From the NCBI RefSeq assembly GCF_006345805.1, contig NC_043002.1, positions 75,268,001 to 75,332,000 on the forward strand: a stretch of 64,000 nt of DNA, read 5' to 3'. This DNA comes from Octopus sinensis (lineage: Eukaryota). The notes under the pieces were generated by a model. The model ran no database searches and was not told the origin of the DNA. It was given only the letters and a program-made list of their open reading frames with translations. The translations under genes were made by a program, and so were the position numbers. Below are positions 1 through 11,345 of the stretch, piece after piece; position 1 is the stretch's first letter, and each line of letters starts with the position of its first letter.

Positions 1-659
1 TCTTCTGCTGAGGATGTGTATTCAGTTGCAGTTTTATCTCACTTATTCCTTTGATGTTATTTAATCAGCTGTTATTATGGTTTCGTTTTTCATTCCTTTT
101 GTTAGTTTATTACTTTTTCTCCTTTGAGACAATTTGATCCCTCCACACTGTAAACTACCCAACTATTTGCCAGTTTTCAGTCAGTCTGGCACTTTGACAC
201 AGACTTCAGTCTTTCTCTCCTCTTTTCTGCCTCCATCTCTCTCCTTGTTTCTCACTCTTTCTCTCTTCCTCTCTAAAAAGAGGGTCAAGAAGACCAGTTT
301 AATCGCCTCTGCTTAAAATGCAAAGCACAAATACTGGAATCTTTATTTGAACTCCTGTGATTGTATTACTAAAATGACTACTTCTTATCTTTTCATCTTG
401 TTCCAACATACAACTGTAATATTGATAAAGCAGAAGTGTTTAACCTGCTGCTTTACCAGTTTCTAGTCAATTCTAACAATTTCTGTCTTTGACTTAACAT
501 ACTTATTCTGTCACATCTCAATCGCAGCCGGAACTATCAAATATATGACTAAACGTACCAAATGTTCTATGATATTTAGTTTCACCCATCCTGATACTGA
601 GTTCAAAGTCTCTGAGAATTTTTTTCCTTCCTCTTCCCATCAATGGATTTGTGTCAATG

Positions 660-840
660 TCAATCATCATCATCATCACCACCACCACCACTTAATGTCC
701 GTTTTCCATGCTGGCATGTGTTGGACGGTTTTCACAGGGTTCAGTGAACTGCAGGTTTGCACCAAGCTCCAGTATCAGCTCAGGCATAGTTTCTATGGCT
801 GGCTGCCCGCCCGCCCTTCCTAACACAGTCACTTTATAGT
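660..840 (-). mobile_element. Repeat family C (retroposon 3' end with (GAT)n tail)
   Basis: (CAT/CAC)n followed by TTAATGTCCGTTTTCCATGCTGGCATGTGTTGGACGG...TTTCTATGGCTGG...CCCTTCCTAAC. Confidence 0.8.
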
Positions 841-1149
841 TTACCTGGTTTCCTTTTTTTTGTGCCGCCAGTTCTTGATGTAGCTGAACAGCTTACAAAT
901 AAGAAAAGACCAAAAGAAAAAAAAATAACTCAAAACCTTGTTTTAGGAATGACTTATTTTTATTTTTCAAAAGTCCATGAAACTCAAACCTGTAATATAT
1001 TAATGTAGATGCAGTAGTTTATATATGATGGATTCTCTATGGTTCAGTAAAATAAAGCATTAATCATGTTCTAAACACACACACACACAGAGTGTATTCT
1101 TTATCACATGACAAATCAAACTATTAGATGTTACACATCACTAGTCACA

Positions 1150-1355
1150 ATGCACTTTGCATTGTTTTAACCTTTGAATGATGCCACCCTGCTGGTTAGG
1201 CGAGCAGGGTAACATTCCCCACTGACTGAAAAGGCGACTGAAGCAATGTGAAATGAAGTGTTTTGCTGAAGAACACAATGTGTCACCTGGTCTGGGAATC
1301 AAATCCATGATCTTGTAATCATGAGTGCCACACCCTAACCACTAGGCCATGTGCC
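1150..1355 (-). mobile_element. SINE family D (tRNA head with a V/Deu-like core)
   Basis: GAAGCAATGTGAAATGAAGTGTTTTGCTGAAGAACACAATG...GGGAATCAAATCCATGATCTT...CCCTAACCACTAGGCCATG (reverse-complement tRNA-like head). Confidence 0.7.
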
Positions 1356-1699
1356 TTTCAATATATTTGCTTTGAAATTTATCAAGCTGGTCTATTCATC
1401 AGAGCTAAGGTGATGATTGGATCCTTCGTTATCTCATCAAGCGAAGAAATGTGAAGAAAGCCAGGATTGAAGAAATAACAATTTATGTGTTTTTGAATTA
1501 AATTTAAAAATAGATAATGTAAAAGAAAAAAAAAAAGTGGGGACTCATCTGAATATTTCCTACAAGTATGTTTGACTAATTTGTAGAGTGACACCAGTTG
1601 TTTGGGAACCTCATAATAAAGAATTCATGGTTACAACTCAAGCCGGGTATGGCAGAATCATATTCACACTTTTTACTCCTATCAATGTAAATAGTTGCA

Positions 1700-2060
1700 A
1701 GAACTATATTTTATCTTCTGTTTCATTCATTGGAATGTGGCCATGCTTGGGCACCACCTTGAAGGGTTTATAGTCAAATGACTTCACCCCAGTACTTATT
1801 TTCTTTTTTTTACAGTCTAGTTCTTATTTTATTGATCTCCTTTGCTGAACCACTACAACATGGGTATGTAAACAAGCCAGCACCAGTCAAACAGTGGGGA
1901 GACAGTCATACCCATGATGAGCTTCCACACAGTTTCTGTCTACCAAATTCATAAGGCGTTGCTTGATCCAGAACTATAGTAGAAGACACTTGCTCACAGT
2001 GTCCTACAGTGGGACTGAACCTAAAACCACATGGTTGTAAAGCAGAACTGAGCACTGTAT
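1700..2060 (-). mobile_element. SINE family A (tRNA-headed, CORE/OR2-like), degenerate
   Basis: Matches the family A reverse complement: GTGGCCATGCT...GGCACC, CCAGTACTTATT, TTTCTGTCTACCAAAT, TAGTAGAAGACACTTGC, GGGACTGAACC. Confidence 0.8.
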
Positions 2061-3449
2061 TCATTTCACAGTTGATTTCTTTGTGTTGGCAAGTGAAATA
2101 ATTATTTTGAAAACTTTTGTCACTGGGTATGTATGGATTTGAAGAACCATCCAACCCATGTGATCTTAGGAAAAACAGCATCTGAATTACTGAAACAGGA
2201 TGAGATGTAGAGAGAGAGAGAGGGAGAGGGCGCACAAGAGAAAAAGGAGAGAATTATAGTTCATTCAATTTTCTTGTTTAGTAACTAGAAAAGAAATGAT
2301 GTCTCATTAGAAAGTAATGTTGTCTAAAAGAGGGGAAAAGAAAAAGAGAAAGAATCAGAATTCTTGATTTTTCTCAAGGAGGAGGATACACTAACATGAA
2401 ACATTTCTCTTTTGATACTTCATTATGCTCTGTTTAAGCTACAAGAGAAACACTATTTTTGGTGGTCTCTCTCTCCCTGACATTCTGTTTCCCACCACCT
2501 TCCTCCTGCTTTGCACTCCCCTCCATCTCTTCATCTCTCACTTGTTAGAAGTCATTTACATAAGGCATTATTTCTATCTGAATTTTCTAGTGATTTACCC
2601 TTGGTATCCTGTCATGTTTGCAGGGTGGGGTTATTACACACCAGAACATTTAAAACTAAACTGTTTGTAGATCTAGGTCAGCATGAAACCCAGCTTTGAC
2701 ATTTGAAAACACCCCCCTCCACCAAGTAGGGGTCTGTATGTGTTGGGTTAGTGGTGGTGAGATCTAGAGGACTACCCCAACAATCAGGGAAGAGCCTTAT
2801 CAATTCTTTTAGTCCTTCCCACTTAACCCCTTCAGAAAATTTTAATGTAGGAACAGACCTTCCAGCAAGATTTAGAAAAAGAAGAAGCAACATTAGAAGC
2901 CAAGGGAGTAAACCTGAGGATTCTTTCAAGGGCTCTTTTTTTTTTTATTTTTCTCTCACAAGTGCAGCCTTTTGATTTATAGCGGCTGGCTACATAAATT
3001 GGAATGTGCTCACAAGAGGGTGAAGATGTGTGTGTGTGTGTGTGTGTTGTATGGAGAAGGAGTTATAGAGGGGAAGAAGAGAGGTGGGATTGAAAAAAAA
3101 AGCACTAAACATCAAGAATATCATCAATGTTATTAATAACATTATCAACAAGAAGAAGAACCACTTCAGATTTTTTGAGTAAATAAACTCTCTTTATTTG
3201 TTTTCTTTTTTTCTTCTGTTTTTTTTTTTCCCCTACTCTCCTGTTTAAGTAATTGCAACATAAAGAAAAATAATGCTGTGTTATAATAAATAAATCATGT
3301 TTTCATATGACAACCATTTAAAAAAAAAATTCTTTCTTTCTTTTTTTTTTCTCTTTGGATAATATTTTTTTTAAGACAGCCTCTATACAATAACTTTGTA
3401 GAGTTATGTGTATTTTAACAATTGCTGCCGGTTGAAGTCTCCCCCCCCA

Positions 3450-3481
<32 letters not shown>

Positions 3482-3879
3482 TTCTTTCCATATTTACATT
3501 TACTCTCTTAAAAAGCACTTTTTTTTATTGTCCATTTTCTATTTCAACACTGAAATATTTATACTCCTTCATTGCTGTTTATGTATTCTCATATTCAGAA
3601 CTTAAGAATTTTATATCTGCTTATTTTTATGTAATACTCTTAATACATTGTTTATTACTTTTTGTTATATAATGTACACTGTGTATGTATGCATGTGTGT
3701 CTATATATATATATATATATGTATGTATGTAAAATGAAACAAAATACCTTTTGTTGGACTCACTCAATAAAACCTATTCATGCTCAGTATTAATAATTTG
3801 AGTACACTATTCTAAGTGGTCTTACCATGTCCTCCTGTACAGACATCCAAGACAAAATATCTTTGTGTGTATGTACAGT

Positions 3880-4205
3880 ATTTAGCATAGCTTTGAGGTC
3901 AAGAAGCTTGTTCCGTGATTTGGTGTTTCTAGACAAGTTTCCTCTATTATATCCTTAGGTCGAATGGAATTTTGTTGGTTGAAACTGTGCAAAAGCCTGT
4001 CACTAGTGTGTTTACATTTATACCAATCTAATAAATGATGTCGTTATGTATGATGTGCCCCCTTTGTGTCCCATAACTTAGCAGCTTGACAAATAGTAAT
4101 TAATAAGGTAAGTACTGGGGAGGGGGGTCAGTAGGATTGACTAAAACGACTGAAGATGGTGCCGCAACATGGCCATAGTCCAGAGACTGAAACCAGTTAA
4201 ACAAA
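3880..4205 (+). mobile_element. SINE family A, degenerate
   Basis: GAAACTGTGCAAAAGCC and CATAACTTAGCAGCTTGAC blocks; tail CAACATGGCCATAGTCCAGAGACTGAAAC. Confidence 0.6.
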
Positions 4206-4929
4206 AATGAAGGGAAAGAAGTCAACATGTATACACACACACACAACACACACACACACACACACACACTCTCTCTCTCTCTAACACATACACACACACA
4301 CACACACAGACTATATTTGTGGACCAACAAGACTATCATTGGTTTATCATGTCATGAGAAATCTTAGCAATTACCAAGCCTGTCAACTCATAAAATAAAG
4401 AATATTTATCCACCAATGCAGTGTTGAGCACTCATTCTCACTGTTCAATATCAGCGTGTGTGTACACACACACACACTAGTTTTGTTTGTTTCATTTTGT
4501 TTTAGATATTATCCAACATGAGAATTGAAAATATTGCCAAAATTCTGAACTTCCTTCTGAAGATTTTGTTATCCTTCTTCGTGCTTCTTCATTTTCTTGT
4601 AGTGTATCCTGTTGTAACAAGTTTATTTCCATTCATGCTTTTATTTACTTTGAGAATAAATTAATCACGACTTCATTGTGTTGTTTGCCACTGTTTAGTT
4701 TATGAAAGAGCACAGCCAAACTATATCATATCCTGCTTTCATCTGGACTATGTATGACTAGTTATCATTAATCTATAACCAAAAGAGACATCAGCTTCCC
4801 CATATCCATCATAGCTTCTTCAACTTCTTTGAGATTATTACTATTTCTTTTATAAAGAATTTTCTGATGTTTCTTATTCCTCTGTTCATGACTAACATAC
4901 TTTTCTCGTGTATTCCCTAGCTACTGTTA

Positions 4930-5320
4930 CTGCTGGTATTCAGTTGCTTGTTTCTGTCCATTGAATTGTGGTCATGCTGGGGCATAGCTTTCAAGGGTTT
5001 TAGTCAATTGAATCAACACAGTAACTTTCTTTTAGTCAGGTACTTATCCTTTCATCCTCTTTTGCTGAATCGCTAAGTCATGTGGGGGGGGGGGTGTAAA
5101 CAGACCCACTACGGCAGTCAAGTGATTGGAAGGCAAACTCAGACACACATAAATGTACGTACACACATATATATATAATTTTACGCACATGATGGCTCTC
5201 TGCTTTCATCTACTAAATTCACTTACAAGGCATTGATCAGCCCTGGTCTATTGTAGAAAACATTTGGCCAAGGTGCTGTGCAGTGAGACTGAACCACATG
5301 GTTATGAAGCAATATATATA
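4930..5320 (-). mobile_element. SINE family A
   Basis: GTGGTCATGCTGGGGCA, TTTTGCTGAATCGCTAAGT, TCTACTAAATTCACTTACAAGGC, GTGAGACTGAACCACATGGTT. Confidence 0.8.
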
Positions 5321-5654
5321 TATATATATGTATGTATGTGTGTGTGTGTGTTACTCGTTTATTGAATCAACTATTGCTTGTTAATTGAAATAACTCTACC
5401 AATAAGTTTTAGTTTCAGTTGAGAAGTGCTGAGAGGAATTTGTCGCCAACGTATTTCAAAGTGCTGTGATGTTTTTTTTTTTGTTTTTTTCATGTATTAA
5501 TTTTTTTATAGTTTCAGAAATGAAGTTAAATAGAGCAAGTTTGGTTGAATGGGTGGAGTGGGTCATGATAACTGTATATCACATTTTATAGAAGGGGAAA
5601 AGCGCTCTACCCCATTCTCTTGGTGACAGAAAACATTAGCACGTGACATTTCTG

Positions 5655-5790
5655 ATTCTGTGTTCTAAGTTCAAATCCTACTAAGGGCAACTTTCTTTCA
5701 TCCTTTTGGGAGCGATAAAATAAAGAATTCCTCTTGTACTGGGGTCAATATGATTGACTCCCCTCCTCCAGAATCACTGGCCCTGAGTCC
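5655..5790 (+). mobile_element. SINE family B (tRNA head plus Meta-like central domain), degenerate
   Basis: AAGTTCAAATCC B-box, CTTTCATCCTTTTGGG...GATAAAATAAAG, ACTGGGGTCAATATGATTGACT. Confidence 0.75.
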
Positions 5791-7231
5791 TGCAACAGAC
5801 TGGCATCCCCTTCAGAAATGATATTGTCATCTTGATGACTTAAATGCCCTGTGAATCCTTGGGCTCAAGACAAAGAAAAATTTCTCTTGGATTATAAGTT
5901 GATACATGGGATTATATGTTGGAACAAGACCATTTGAAGACTGGGTCGTGTAGGCTATGTTTCATTTGTTAACTTCCTGCTTGTTCCCTCCTCCGTGATT
6001 CCTATAATCAGACTAAAAGATTGCCTTGTAAAAACGAAATGATTTGGTAAAACAAAGAATATCCTTTTGTTGACCATTTAGATGTCAAGATGCATTTAAT
6101 CAAAAGATCTGTGACACTGCTTCCATAATTATCATGTCTAGACAGATCTTCTTTCCCTTTTTCTCTTTCTCTAGCTTTCTTTTTAGATGTTTTGGTAATG
6201 TGTGTTCTGAAATTGTAAATCATAATTTGTACAGAGGTTTCTTGCTTCAGCTCTGTGTGGTGTGTGTGTATGTCTTGACAGAGCTATATTGTGTAAGTAT
6301 TTTTAACCCCTACCATAAATAAACTATCATTTGATTATCAGCCACTTCAGTCCTGCCGTGCCCAAACTATTTCCTCACAATCTGAACACCTACTTTGTTG
6401 TTACACAAGAGCTACTACTAGCTGCCAGATCATACAGTATCCAGTTTCCGCAAACTTACTACTCACTATCGGGCTGTTGAGAGGTGAACTTTGTTAAAAC
6501 CAATACACTTATAAAGCTGATAAAATTTCATATCAGCTATTGTTTTGTTTTTTCTTTTGCTTTTTTTTTTTTATAGGCTTTTTGGTTTCCTGGGAACAGA
6601 CTGGGAAAAGTGGGCTGTGTCGCAGTTCTCAGTCTCTTGAGAACTGCTTAGTTTTCATTGGTGCAAACCTGAATGAATGACAGGTGGCTACAGGCTGATG
6701 GTGTTACCCCTTTATAGCTATTGGTTGTTAGGTTTAGCCAATGGCTGCTTAATCACTACTATATCAGTCTTTAACGTTGAGATAACAAGAAAATAAATGA
6801 AGAAATGAATACATTGTAAAGAAGGGGTAATAGTCAATATGATAAGGTTTATTTTTATATTGGATTTTGTGTTTTCTTTTTGTTGGCTTCATGTTTGAAC
6901 ACATGGCAGCAGCCTGGTGGCTTTGATCCATTAGACTTGGGTAAGGTCTGCTCACTGAACCATATAGTCACTATATGATTGTGTTGGTGAGTAAGGGTAC
7001 CTGTTCAACCACCTTCGCATCCACCCTTCCTCTGCCATCATTTGTTTCTCCTATTTATTATCATTGCTGCTACTGCTATTATTATTATTATTATTATTGT
7101 CGTTGTTGATTTGTTTTTAACATTGATGGTGGGCTCTTTAAACATTATATCTTAGGCTTACACACACAAAACACACAGCCATTAACTTTTTCTCTTACAC
7201 ACACACAATGTGTATATGACTTGGTCAGTGG

Positions 7232-7280
<49 letters not shown>

Positions 7281-8064
7281 TGAGAGAGAGAGAGAGAGAG
7301 AGATATGCACTTAAATAGTTGTTCAACCCTGGTCAGGCCTATGATCAAAGGTAATCTCATCCTTTATTTCTGGGCTAATATATGCATGCATGTATGCATT
7401 TAATCAGCTAGGGTGTGATCTCGGGTAGATTTGACTGCTGTGTTTAGCAGATGAAGCTACCGTAAGGGGCCTCCTCCTTCGGCTGAGATGATACAGATAC
7501 AACCCTTCATTGTAGCCAACTTGGGACTGCAATATGAGAAAAGAAGGGACCAGTGCCTCACACACACACACACACACACACACAACTGGTTCAGTCTGAG
7601 AACCCTGGTAAATTCCATCAGAAAGAGGTGGGAAGGGTGAAGGAAGTAGAGATTTTTTTTGATTTTCCCTGGCCTTTTTGTCATGTTTTCTTATATACTT
7701 CCTTTACTTATTTCTTTGTGTGGTTTACCCCCCCCCCGCGCATAATGTGTGTGTGTGTGTGTGTGTGTTCTCTGACACCATTTGTTTTATTCATTTATAT
7801 TTTCTGTTTTTATTTACTTTTCCTTCCTTTCCCATAAAGTGTATAGATAGATAAGGGAACAGTACCTAATCTCTTCAACTGTGTGTGTGTGTGTGTGTGT
7901 GTGTTTACACATACATAATGTGTCTGTATATGCGTATATAAAAATGTATGTGTTTACATATATTACATGTTATATACTCATGTAGCCCTACCACAAATAG
8001 TACCACATGTATGCAAGTGTGTGTGTGTTGTAGAGGACCCATACATATAGATATGTCCTTCACA

Positions 8065-8235
8065 CACACATTTAGGCAAGTATTCACACACACATACACG
8101 CACATTTAGTCAAGTATTCACACACAAATTTAGGTAAGGATTCACACACATGCATTTAGGCAAGTATTCACACACACACACACACACAAAAGTAATCACA
8201 CGCACACACATTTAGGTAAGGATTCACACACACAC
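8065..8235. repeat. Minisatellite: ATTTAGGYAAGKATTCA core alternating with (CA)n linkers, ~5-6 units
   Basis: Cores at ~8070, 8104, 8128, 8153 and 8210, plus a degenerate AAAAGTAATCA at ~8187. Confidence 0.9.
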
Positions 8236-8399
8236 ATACTCATACATAAGCAGATAGAGATAACTCAATGATATAATTTATTCAAAATGTATCTGTCACC
8301 ATTCAGTTCTTTAAGGTCTTTAGTCACCTGATAATCCAGGGAATGAGGAGCTCTTGAGCAACAACTCCTCTAGGGTCAGCTTTCAATAAGCAATATTAT

Positions 8400-8458
8400 T
8401 TTACTACCTATTATTGAGTACCATGTTTTTTGGTTTTGCATTTCATATCAGTGTGAAA

Positions 8459-8500
<42 letters not shown>

Positions 8501-8522
8501 GTACACACACGTGCGCATGATG

Positions 8523-8555
<33 letters not shown>

Positions 8556-8805
8556 CATACACACCACACACACACACACACACACCACACGTGTGTGTGT
8601 GTATAAAACATGCACAAATGCACATGCGTGTGCATACACTCACACACACATGTGTATGTGTGAATGTCTTACTCTCTCTCCCTGTCTCTTGCCCTTTCTT
8701 GACCTTTCTTTTTCTCTCTGTTATTACCCAACAAATGCTCTCTCTCTTTCTCTCTCTCCCTCCCTCCCTCTCTCTCTCCATCTCTCTCTCTCTCTCTCTC
8801 TCAGC
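8400..8805. repeat. Compound microsatellite block (GT)n/(TA)n/(CA)n/(CT)n
   Basis: Directly visible; accounts for the overlapping ORFs 8411-8871 in the track. Confidence 0.95.
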
Positions 8806-8881
8806 AGGTGTTACTACTCCATAATCAGCACTCTCCACATGCAAAGAAATTAGAACTTGGTTAGTGAACACAGCAGCTCAC

Positions 8882-8941
8882 CAGAATGACAAATAGACAT
8901 AGCCGGTGGGTTGGGGGGTGGGGTGGGGGCGAGAGGGGAAC
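8882..8941 (-). CDS. Candidate 60-nt frame-preserving, Pro-rich exon
   Basis: Minus strand TTTTTATTTCTGTTCTTGTTTTTGTAGTTACAG|...TCATTCTG|GTGAGC. All three frames are open, e.g. GSPLAPTPPPNPPAMSICHS. No homolog recognised. Confidence 0.3.
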
Positions 8942-10338
8942 CTGTAACTACAAAAACAAGAACAGAAATAAAAACCACCACTATATCAACAACAAGGAAG
9001 AGAAGGGGTGGGTTAGTTATGGGCTGGGTATCATAGAAGTGGTGGGGTGTTTGGCAGTGTGTGTGTGTGGGGGGATGGTTGTCTAAAGAAGGAGGGGACA
9101 AAGTATGGATACTGGGGGGGTGGGGTTATCAGGAAGAATGGGTTTGTAAATGTGCTGAAATAATGGGTGTCTTGGTAGTAGTAGTAGTGGTGGTGGTGGG
9201 GGGTATTTATATGCATATGTGAACATGGTGGTTGTAGTGTTGGTGGTGGGGACCAGCAGGAGTTTTAGGAGGGATCCTCATGGGAGGGGTGTTGCTGGAA
9301 GTGAAGCTTTTGAGGTGAGAGGTGGTGTGTTTGTTACTTTGTTCCAACCAGGTGCACACTGATGATGATGAGGAGTTACTATAGTGGAGCAGGGCATTGT
9401 GACAGGTTGGGGGGGGGGAGAAGCTTTGTGGTGTTGTGTGTTAGTACTACAAGGTAAAAAAAAAAAAGCATTAAAAAAAAAACGATAAATAAAAATAAAA
9501 GGTTTGTGGCTTTGCTAAAAGTGTTAGGGGGAAGGTAAATGGCTTAGGGGACAATAATGGTTAGGAAGATGGGTTGGAAGTTTTTTTGGGGTTGAGAGGT
9601 GAAATAGTGATTGAGAGAGAATGTTCGGAGTAGAAGGAAAATAGATGCTTCTTAGTTAAGAATGAATGTAAAAAGCCTGACAAAAGTGTTGAAGAGGAAG
9701 GAGAAGTATGAGGAAGAAGTTACTTAAGAGTTTGCAGCCGTTCTTTTATTCAGCCGAAATTGTTGGAGAGAATTGTTTGGGAAATAGTTCAGCGAGTGTT
9801 TTTCTCTGTGTGTTTCTGTGTGTGTGTGTGAGATAGTTTGTGTGTTTGTTGTTGTTGGTGGTGGTGAAGAAAGAAGAACTGCGTATGTTGTTAGCCAGCG
9901 TCAGACAATATCACTATGTAAACCATACCTCCACTCTGGTGTATATCATACACTTGATCTATGTATTCAAGCTGAAACTATCCAAACATTGTCTCACTTC
10001 CTCACACACACATACACACACACATACACACACACCTTCTCTCCACCTAGACATTCTCATGCATTAGTTAAAAGTGGTGTAGGAAGGCCAAGTAGTGAAG
10101 TTGAATATGAGTTTTTCCCAATACATCGAAACCGTCTTTTTTCTTTCCCCCCCCTTTCTTTTTCTTTTTTTTTTGCTTTGTTTTTGTGGTTTCTTGCTTT
10201 GTATTAGTTTTTCCATCTGTTTTTTTTTGTTTTCTTTTTGTTGTTATGATTTATTTATTTTTTAAGCAAATAGTTTCATGTATTATTTAGTTACATACAC
10301 AGTGGTCTTGTGAAATGTGGTCACTTTCATGTTTTTGC

Positions 10339-10340
<2 letters not shown>

Positions 10341-10402
<62 letters not shown>
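10341..10402. repeat. (CT)31 microsatellite
   Basis: Uninterrupted CT run. Confidence 0.97.
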
Positions 10403-10405
<3 letters not shown>

Positions 10406-10419
10406 CATTTTATGTTGTT

Positions 10420-10625
10420 GATCTTGTTTTGGCCCTTAGTCAATCCTAAAAGTATCCAGATGTATGATCAAAGGTGTTTTAGCCATAACCATCCAGTTTT
10501 CTTTTTTTCTTCTTTTTTTACTTTTCTAATCAGCCATAATGTATCTAGGACTACATTATCCAATGTATCTCCCCACCTTCCTTTTTAAGACTGATTTGAA
10601 GAGGATTGGGCTGTTAATTCTAACT
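10420..10625 (-). mobile_element. Repeat family E ((CAA)n-tailed interspersed repeat)
   Basis: TATGATCAAAGGTG...CCATAACCATCC, GGACTACATTATCCAATGT, TTTTTAAGAC...GATTTGAAGAGGATTGGGCTG. Confidence 0.65.
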
Positions 10626-10682
10626 GGTTGATTGATCACATACAAACTATTTTGCTTTTTCTTCTTCTTCTTTTTAATCACG

Positions 10683-11345
10683 GTTATGTGTTTAAGAACC
10701 TCGCTTTGTCACTACATGGTTTCAGGTTCAGTCCTACTGTGTGGCACCTTAGGCAATTGTCATTCGACCAGTGCCTTGTAAGTAAATTTGACAGACTGAA
10801 AGTGGGTGTGAGCCCATCATGTATAGATATATATTGTTGCTATTATGTTAAACTGTTGTATGTCCAAATTTGGTCAAATGTTTTTGTTTTTTTTCAATAT
10901 TTATTTTTGCTTGCAGTAGCCAGTTCTTTTGTTCAAACTATCGTATCTCCAGTTGATTCAGACACCAAGATATTAAAAATTGTCAAACTGTAGTACAATG
11001 GTTTTCTTGTGGAATGGGGAAATTATTTTTTCGTTTTCTGAAAGGGCAATGTTTTGGACTTACGACACTTTAGCATAATAGCAATGTTGTGTGTGTGTGT
11101 GTGTGTGTGTGTGTAAGCCTGTCATGTATATATATATATGTGTGTGTGTGTGAGTTTGTGCTTGTGCCCCCACTACAGCTCGCCAACAGGCATTGGTTTG
11201 TTTATGTTCTTGTAACTTATTGATTTGATGAAAGGAACCAATAGACTTAAAAATAAGTTCTGGGGTTGATTTGTTCTACTAAACCCTTGAAGATGTTGCC
11301 CCAGCATGGCCATCAGTGCAATGACTGAAACAAATATGTGATAAA
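10683..11345 (+). mobile_element. SINE family A, interrupted by ~270 bp of unrelated sequence
   Basis: Head CATGGTTTCAGGTTCAGTCCTACTGTGTGGCACCTTAGGCAA at ~10715-10757; 3' half with AATAAGTTCTGGGGTTGATTTG and CCAGCATGGCC...AATGACTGAAACAA at ~11150-11335. Confidence 0.7.

Noticed and set aside
2540-2940. Coding-looking segment EQTFQQDLEKEEATLEAKG after a TAG at 2850, or an L1/Tx1 relic
   Set aside because: The acceptor lacks a pyrimidine tract and the donor is weak; similarity to LINE C-termini is too faint to call.
8065-8235. CRISPR-like repeat-spacer appearance
   Set aside because: The spacers are (CA)n microsatellite, the repeats are 17 nt and non-palindromic, the context is eukaryotic and there are no cas genes.
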